Positions 59,144-64,000 of a stretch of DNA of 64,000 bases are shown here, one piece after another. The position numbers and the translations under genes are program-made. This stretch comes from a virus. Under the pieces are notes generated by a model. It had not been told where the DNA came from. It ran no database searches and saw only the letters and a program-made list of their open reading frames with translations. Each line of letters opens with the position of its first letter. Within the stretch, counting starts at the first letter, position 1. The stretch is taken from IMG/VR virus record IMGVR_UViG_3300045988_112808. One strand, given 5' to 3'.

Positions 59144-59645
59144 ATTCCACTATATTTATGTTGTCAAATTTTTCTTTTATAACATCCAAGGCTCCACACT
59201 CGTTTGTTATCATAGCATGCATCCCTGGCTTCATTCTCCACAGATTAAAATACCTTGTCACATTCATAGTGGCATTAAATAATGATATTTCATATCTTGT
59301 GTTTCCATTTTTATCACGCCCTATGTTTTTAATATAACATATGTCTGGCTTGTATTTGAAATAATTAAAAAGCCTATACCATCCCTTCCCGTTACATGTT
59401 TCACGATTCCATATTCCAGCAAGCTTCCTATATCCCCTTACTGGTATTTTCTTTATTTCTTTTGGTACGATCTTGACATACTTTCCTTCTCCGATTGGTA
59501 TGGTCATATTACCTGCCTCTTCAGTACAAAAGTATTCTATTTCAGATGCCATTCCTTTATACACATAGAACCGGTATAAGTTCCCGTCAGGGTCTACCCG
59601 ATCCATGTAATATAATATCACTTTGTCTACTTTTATCTTTTTCAT
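59130..59645 (-). CDS. hypothetical protein
   Basis: ORF track. Confidence 0.6.
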   Translation of the reverse strand: MKKIKVDKVILYYMDRVDPDGNLYRFYVYKGMASEIEYFCTEEAGNMTIPIGEGKYVKIVPKEIKKIPVRGYRKLAGIWNRETCNGKGWYRLFNYFKYKPDICYIKNIGRDKNGNTRYEISLFNATMNVTRYFNLWRMKPGMHAMITNECGALDVIKEKFDNINIVEYGSE

Positions 59646-59893
59646 TCCTTTATTCTACTTATCTTTAAATTGTTATTCCCACAGTATTCCTTCAGCCAAC
59701 TATCCGTTAGATAACGATTAACTCTATCGTATTTCTTTTTCGGACCCTTGCTCCAGAATTTCCATTCGTTTGTGATATTGTACCCATATTTATCAAACCA
59801 ATAGATATAATACACTACGTTACCATATAAATCCACTCTTTTTCTTTCCTGTATGACTACCTCGTAAGGTATCTTCTTGTCTCTTTTCTCCAT
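59642..59893 (-). CDS. hypothetical protein with strong AAGGAGG Shine-Dalgarno
   Basis: ORF track; SD 6 nt upstream of ATG. Confidence 0.6.
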   Translation of the reverse strand: MEKRDKKIPYEVVIQERKRVDLYGNVVYYIYWFDKYGYNITNEWKFWSKGPKKKYDRVNRYLTDSWLKEYCGNNNLKISRIKE

Positions 59894-59911
59894 CTTTGTC
59901 CTCCTTTATTG

Positions 59912-59950
59912 AATAAAAAAACGGCACCTATCTTCGCAGACCAGTGCCGG
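59912..59950 (-). terminator. intrinsic terminator (minus strand)
   Basis: CGGCAC/GTGCCG stem with inner TCT/AGA pairing, then TTTTTTTATT on minus strand. Confidence 0.6.
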
Positions 59951-59970
59951 CAACTAACTTACATGGAAAA

Positions 59971-60381
59971 CTACTTAACCTCAACTAATTCTACAGAGCC
60001 GTAGAATTTAGTGAAGCTACCAACAAATTCTCTTATATTTTTATATTCTTCTGGTCGTTTTCTGTTACCATCTTTTATATAATTCACCCACAGTCTATCC
60101 TCTATGTTCTTAATCGCATTCTCTATCGTAAATTCGTCGCTGACGCTCATTAAACACGAAGACCCGGTTTTCTTATGTGGTTTATATATCCTTGAAAAAG
60201 ACCACATTTTTATTCTATCATATATATATCCGTTGTTGGGATAAACGAATCCTATCCGGCTGTCACCTTCTTTAGCGTAAAACACACCTGGCTCCTTCCC
60301 GCCCTTTCTATATACTACAAATCCTTTTTCTTTTAGGATATTAACCACTTTATCTAATTTATTTTCTACGTTCATTTTCAT
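59971..60381 (-). CDS. hypothetical protein
   Basis: ORF track. Confidence 0.6.
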   Translation of the reverse strand: MKMNVENKLDKVVNILKEKGFVVYRKGGKEPGVFYAKEGDSRIGFVYPNNGYIYDRIKMWSFSRIYKPHKKTGSSCLMSVSDEFTIENAIKNIEDRLWVNYIKDGNRKRPEEYKNIREFVGSFTKFYGSVELVEVK

Positions 60382-60832
60382 GCAAAAATTTAAAAACGAC
60401 TCTCATTATAGTTGCGAAGTTCTCTACCTTAATCCACTCATGAGCTACTGCTCTAAGTACAGACGTTTCATATGTTGGAATATTGTCTTCTTCAAGCACC
60501 TTACAAGAAGCCAGAACTCCTTCGGTCGGCTTTAGTCCACGGTCATGCAGCTCGCAGAGACCGTCTGGCCGGCGGAATGCGCACCACCCGTCTTTCTCTG
60601 TCGGCTGGATCATCGCTATTGGTTTTTCCTTCACTGCAAGATACCCTACCATCCACATTGTTTCTTTTAACCTATCAGCGTATCCGGCATCTATGATAGC
60701 CTCTATGTCTTTTGGCGTACCAATACAAGGAACCTTACACATGTTCTTGCATTTATCACATGTACAAGGTTGCTCCCATCTATTATGATCTATGCCTACC
60801 AACTTCTTTATCCGTTCTACTTCCTCTTTCAT
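60359..60832 (-). CDS. YkgJ-like putative Fe-S/zinc-chelating Cys-cluster protein
   Basis: CTCDKCKNMCKVPC plus GWCAFRRPDGLCELHDRGLKP. Confidence 0.45.
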   Translation of the reverse strand: MKEEVERIKKLVGIDHNRWEQPCTCDKCKNMCKVPCIGTPKDIEAIIDAGYADRLKETMWMVGYLAVKEKPIAMIQPTEKDGWCAFRRPDGLCELHDRGLKPTEGVLASCKVLEEDNIPTYETSVLRAVAHEWIKVENFATIMRVVFKFLHENERRK

Positions 60833-60833
60833 G

Positions 60834-61115
60834 TCACACTTCTTTCGTTAGTTTATCATAATATGCTTTCAATTCCGGTGAAGCATATTCCATAAATGCC
60901 TCAAATAAACATAGTACTTCTACTATCGCGTATATAGCGCACCCTTTCATCGTTGAAAGCTGTTCAAGATCATTACTGTACAGGCACGTAACATAAGCAC
61001 CTACATTAAATACATGTAAATCTATCCTTACGTATTCCATACATAAAGATAATGACTTAAACAAATCCTTTACATCATTCTTATCAAAGAGTTCTACAAA
61101 TTCTCTCAATTTCAT
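60834..61115 (-). CDS. hypothetical protein
   Basis: ORF track. Confidence 0.55.
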   Translation of the reverse strand: MKLREFVELFDKNDVKDLFKSLSLCMEYVRIDLHVFNVGAYVTCLYSNDLEQLSTMKGCAIYAIVEVLCLFEAFMEYASPELKAYYDKLTKEV

Positions 61116-61495
61116 CTTACTACCCTTTCCACGTGTTTAATTAATACTACTGCCATCCCTTTGCCGGTTTTTATCGCACATTCCGATCCTTTTATCCATT
61201 CTACACATCCTACATACTTTTCTGTAGAATGAAAACCTGGATTGTATTTCCCGGATGTACTAAACTCTACCGTATCCCCTACCTTCAGATCCTCAAAAGC
61301 AATAGCCCATGTGGTCCAAATTCTATCATGTCTTCCAGGCTGAATGGCTCCGATTACGCCTTTCTTACGACCGTTTTTTATTGCCTTTAGTATTATCTTT
61401 CTATCACCTTCAATAAGGCTGCAAAAACACCCATAAAAGGTCAAATCAACCTGTTTTCCTCCTATTTCTTCTCTTATTTTTGTTATTCTGTTCAT
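61112..61495 (-). CDS. hypothetical protein
   Basis: ORF track. Confidence 0.6.
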   Translation of the reverse strand: MNRITKIREEIGGKQVDLTFYGCFCSLIEGDRKIILKAIKNGRKKGVIGAIQPGRHDRIWTTWAIAFEDLKVGDTVEFSTSGKYNPGFHSTEKYVGCVEWIKGSECAIKTGKGMAVVLIKHVERVVR

Positions 61496-61739
61496 TTTCT
61501 GATTTTGTTTTATTTTTTTCTTTGTTTTTTCTATCTTCTATAGAAGATGATAATAACATTATCTTTTCTATGTTACTTTTTGACTGTAAAAAAGAATCGC
61601 ATTTCATTACTACTACGATCTTCTTAAGTTCCCCATTATCATACAGCGATACACGCATCATGTTTTGCGCCTCGTCCACTATCAGACCTGGAGTAGTCTT
61701 AGCCATTTTGCGTAGCTTATTATACTCCGGTCTTTCCAT
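61446..61739 (-). CDS. hypothetical protein; low-complexity Lys/Asn-rich tail may be spurious extension into AT-rich spacer
   Basis: ORF track; 50-nt overlap with next gene. Confidence 0.35.
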   Translation of the reverse strand: MERPEYNKLRKMAKTTPGLIVDEAQNMMRVSLYDNGELKKIVVVMKCDSFLQSKSNIEKIMLLSSSIEDRKNKEKNKTKSENEQNNKNKRRNRRKTG

Positions 61740-62004
61740 TTCCTCTGTTTATTACTCTATAGTATTTATCTTTATCTCCCTCTTCCAACTTCTCCAAATA
61801 GAAAATTCCATCATGCAAATGAGACAAACAAAACCTGTATCCGTATTTCTGCGTTCTTCTTACATGATCCCGCAATCTTATCTCTTCACTTTTGTCTTGT
61901 ACTTTGATTTTAATACTGTCTCCTTCTTTGATTGTGTATAAAATAGTTTGAATCTCTTCTTTTTTCATCTTATAAAATATTTTAACGGCAGCACCTATAC
62001 TCAC
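61720..62004 (-). CDS. hypothetical protein
   Basis: ORF track. Confidence 0.55.
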   Translation of the reverse strand: MSIGAAVKIFYKMKKEEIQTILYTIKEGDSIKIKVQDKSEEIRLRDHVRRTQKYGYRFCLSHLHDGIFYLEKLEEGDKDKYYRVINRGNGKTGV

Positions 62005-62031
62005 GCACCACTACTGCCTTATGTTTAACAA

Positions 62032-62841
62032 TTAAATACTTAACTCTTCAATGGTCAAGCCTTTTTCTTTTGCCCATTTTAACATCGAGCATAATTCTGT
62101 TTCTGATTTATATTTCGGATCACGCCACGCCCATCCGAATTTATCCAGGACATGATGATATAATTCGTCGGCCTTTGCCGTGTAAATGTCTTTGAATAAA
62201 TGCTCCGAACCTTCCGGTATAAGCATCTCTGTTGTTGCAAAATCGGAATACGATAAACATCCGTAAGCATATTCTGTTATTTCACTCCACGCTTCTCCGG
62301 CTTTAAATCCAAATTCTTTTACAAAAGCCAAAGTTAGATACATATTTAATAATATTGTTACATCATATCCCGAATCTGACTTTCTTTCTATTATTTTCTT
62401 TTCAAATTCCTTTAAATCTTCAGGTCCTAAAAAGATGTATCCTGATACCGACCGATAATTAGCCTCCGCATACTTCTTGCATTTATCATCATTAACAATC
62501 TTACCAATGTTAGATAACATCTTTTGCCTCCATTCATCACAAAACTCTACCTCTACGTTTATCCAATCGGTACCATAATTGTATTCTTTTGGATGTCCGA
62601 CCGATATTACCTTTATGTTATTCACACCATATTCATAAAGGCGTTCGCCCACCTTATTCGCCCATTCCTGTACAAAAGGAATAAACTTATTGCAATAAGA
62701 ATCAAAATCAAAATCTAATTCCTCCTCATATTCCGGCATCTCTTCATAATCTTGTTCAAAGAAATAGCGAGGATCTGCTATTGTTTCATAGAAACTTACG
62801 TTAATGAAACAAAACTCGTTGGTTGTCGTTTTTAATATCAT
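62032..62841 (-). CDS. hypothetical acidic protein (269 aa)
   Basis: ORF track. Confidence 0.65.
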   Translation of the reverse strand: MILKTTTNEFCFINVSFYETIADPRYFFEQDYEEMPEYEEELDFDFDSYCNKFIPFVQEWANKVGERLYEYGVNNIKVISVGHPKEYNYGTDWINVEVEFCDEWRQKMLSNIGKIVNDDKCKKYAEANYRSVSGYIFLGPEDLKEFEKKIIERKSDSGYDVTILLNMYLTLAFVKEFGFKAGEAWSEITEYAYGCLSYSDFATTEMLIPEGSEHLFKDIYTAKADELYHHVLDKFGWAWRDPKYKSETELCSMLKWAKEKGLTIEELSI

Positions 62842-63092
62842 AGCTTTTTGTATTTACGTACATTTTTCTTGCCATAGAATCTACACATGGCACGAATCTG
62901 ACTATAAAATACTTTTGTCCTCCTGGCCTCAAAGTATTTAAACATTTCTTCATTCTTTGTTTCCCACACGTAATCCGTTTGAGAACTCATGTGATTTTTG
63001 TCCTTGCGTGAATAATGGTAATATGATACCACAACACGTTTCGCACCATTCTTTACAGGTACGATATTCACATCTATGTTATTATCTGTCAT
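62838..63092 (-). CDS. hypothetical protein
   Basis: ORF track; TATAAT-like box upstream. Confidence 0.55.
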   Translation of the reverse strand: MTDNNIDVNIVPVKNGAKRVVVSYYHYSRKDKNHMSSQTDYVWETKNEEMFKYFEARRTKVFYSQIRAMCRFYGKKNVRKYKKL

Positions 63093-63124
63093 ATTATTAT
63101 CGTTTTATATATTATACAAATACA

Positions 63125-63158
63125 AAGAGCGCATACCTTCACAGGCCGGCGCTCTTTT
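63125..63158 (-). terminator. possible terminator hairpin flanked by A/T tracts
   Basis: AGAGCGC/GCGCTCT 8-bp stem, 16-nt loop. Confidence 0.45.
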
Positions 63159-63211
63159 CAATAAAAATGAAAAAACTAACATTACATAAACATATTGTTT
63201 TCTGCTCTTTA

Positions 63212-63445
63212 TTACAATACTTTTGTCCCACAATTGTTATATCGTCCGTACTCTTTTTTCGTATCATTCAAGATTTCAAACACCATCTTCTTATGATCTT
63301 TGTTTGGTAACTTGTCTTTAACAGCCGATATCACGCTCGCTATAGACGTAAAGCCTGAATCTGTTATTGAACACAACAACAAACCTCTGTCGTCGTCTGT
63401 GCTTATCGCTGACGCCTTTATAATATCATTCCTATATATTCTCAT
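63212..63445 (-). CDS. hypothetical protein
   Basis: ORF track. Confidence 0.55.
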   Translation of the reverse strand: MRIYRNDIIKASAISTDDDRGLLLCSITDSGFTSIASVISAVKDKLPNKDHKKMVFEILNDTKKEYGRYNNCGTKVL

Positions 63446-63623
63446 AATCTTTCGTTTTATTGTCTACAAACTTATCTATATCGTCTCTTATTCTTTTTAG
63501 CACTCCGGCTATAATTTCCGGCATCTCTCCTTCGGTACGGTTCAGAGTTTCTATCACCCCATCAATCCTACCAATTTGACGCCATAAGAAATTGGCGTCT
63601 TTCGCATTAAATTCCCTCATCAT
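63432..63623 (-). CDS. hypothetical protein
   Basis: ORF track. Confidence 0.55.
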   Translation of the reverse strand: MMREFNAKDANFLWRQIGRIDGVIETLNRTEGEMPEIIAGVLKRIRDDIDKFVDNKTKDYENI

Positions 63624-63729
63624 GTCTTATTTTACAGTAAACAACTTGCTTTTTTAAGCACCAGTCTTGCGATTCTGAGAGTGAACACCGTTCGGAGTTG
63701 TTAAAAAATATACAATCTTTGCAGAACAT
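63607..63729 (-). CDS. possible 40-aa Cys-rich micro-protein overlapping start of next gene
   Basis: MFCKDCIFFNNSERCSLSESQDWCLKKQVVYCKIRHDEGI; frame open a further 26 codons upstream without ATG. Confidence 0.25.
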   Translation of the reverse strand: MFCKDCIFFNNSERCSLSESQDWCLKKQVVYCKIRHDEGI

Positions 63730-64000
63730 AAGAGGATCTTCGTCGTCACCAACTACTTTGACATCATACTCTATACCATACAATTTTAATCTAAATACAT
63801 CTCCTGTTTTTTAGAAGACAAATCCATGTTCGGACCGAATGTTATTACTTCCATATAATTATGTTTTATTGTTTGTGAGATGCCCAGAATCGAACCAGGA
63901 CCGGCACATACATACCGGCACGCCGCGCCATCCCTCTATGATACACAAATAGACATGCCTATTCTCACGAACCGACATGCCAAAACCCAAAACTTAATTT

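Noticed and set aside
63886-63960. tRNA gene at window end
   Set aside because: Only a T-arm-like segment; no acceptor-stem complementarity or anticodon arm could be built.
1-64000. Global stop-codon reassignment (TAG or TGA recoding)
   Set aside because: Giant ORF 2 terminates with TAG. TGA and TAA close many genes exactly at ATGA/overlap junctions, and the two 6-kb ORFs are intact under the standard code.
1-64000. CRISPR arrays, rRNA genes
   Set aside because: No regularly spaced direct repeats or rRNA-like conserved segments seen.

Overview
This window reads as part of a large, AT-rich, densely coded dsDNA phage genome (likely a jumbo-type phage). No rRNA, CRISPR array or convincing tRNA was found.

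Layout:
- Plus-strand block, ~1-21,900: two giant ORFs of 2033 aa and 2137 aa. Each is followed by one or two smaller genes that all begin with MRRRF. Between the giant ORFs lies a regulatory cluster (HTH protein, Bro-N antirepressor, RG/Tyr-rich low-complexity ORF) and small genes.
- Minus-strand block, ~21,990-63,730: about 90 tightly packed, mostly small genes, typical of an early/DNA-metabolism region.

Domains recognisable from sequence alone:
- TnpB-like RuvC protein lacking the zinc finger
- SF2 DEAH-type helicase
- Cas4/RecB-like Fe-S nuclease
- a second PD-(D/E)xK nuclease
- DnaB-type helicase
- zinc-ribbon/Toprim-like primase
- HNH-like endonuclease
- dNTP pyrophosphohydrolase-like domain
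- NfeD-flotillin(SPFH)-acyl carrier protein gene trio
- Dam-type N6-adenine methyltransferase
- Pol-beta-type nucleotidyltransferase
- ABC/AAA_21-like ATPase

The host is probably a Bacteroidota-type bacterium. Most genes lack Shine-Dalgarno sequences, and perfect TAnnTTTG (-7-like) motifs sit upstream of five plus-strand genes (6673, 9151, 11262, 13412, 13914); 6673, 9151, 11262 and 13914 follow an upstream terminator or palindrome.

Several intrinsic terminators are visible. Many sub-60-aa ORFs fill the apparent gaps in the supplied ORF track. Three cases of in-frame stop codons or startless open frames hint at readthrough, frameshifting or recent pseudogenisation.

All functional calls are motif-based, made without database searches. 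Most small genes remain hypothetical.
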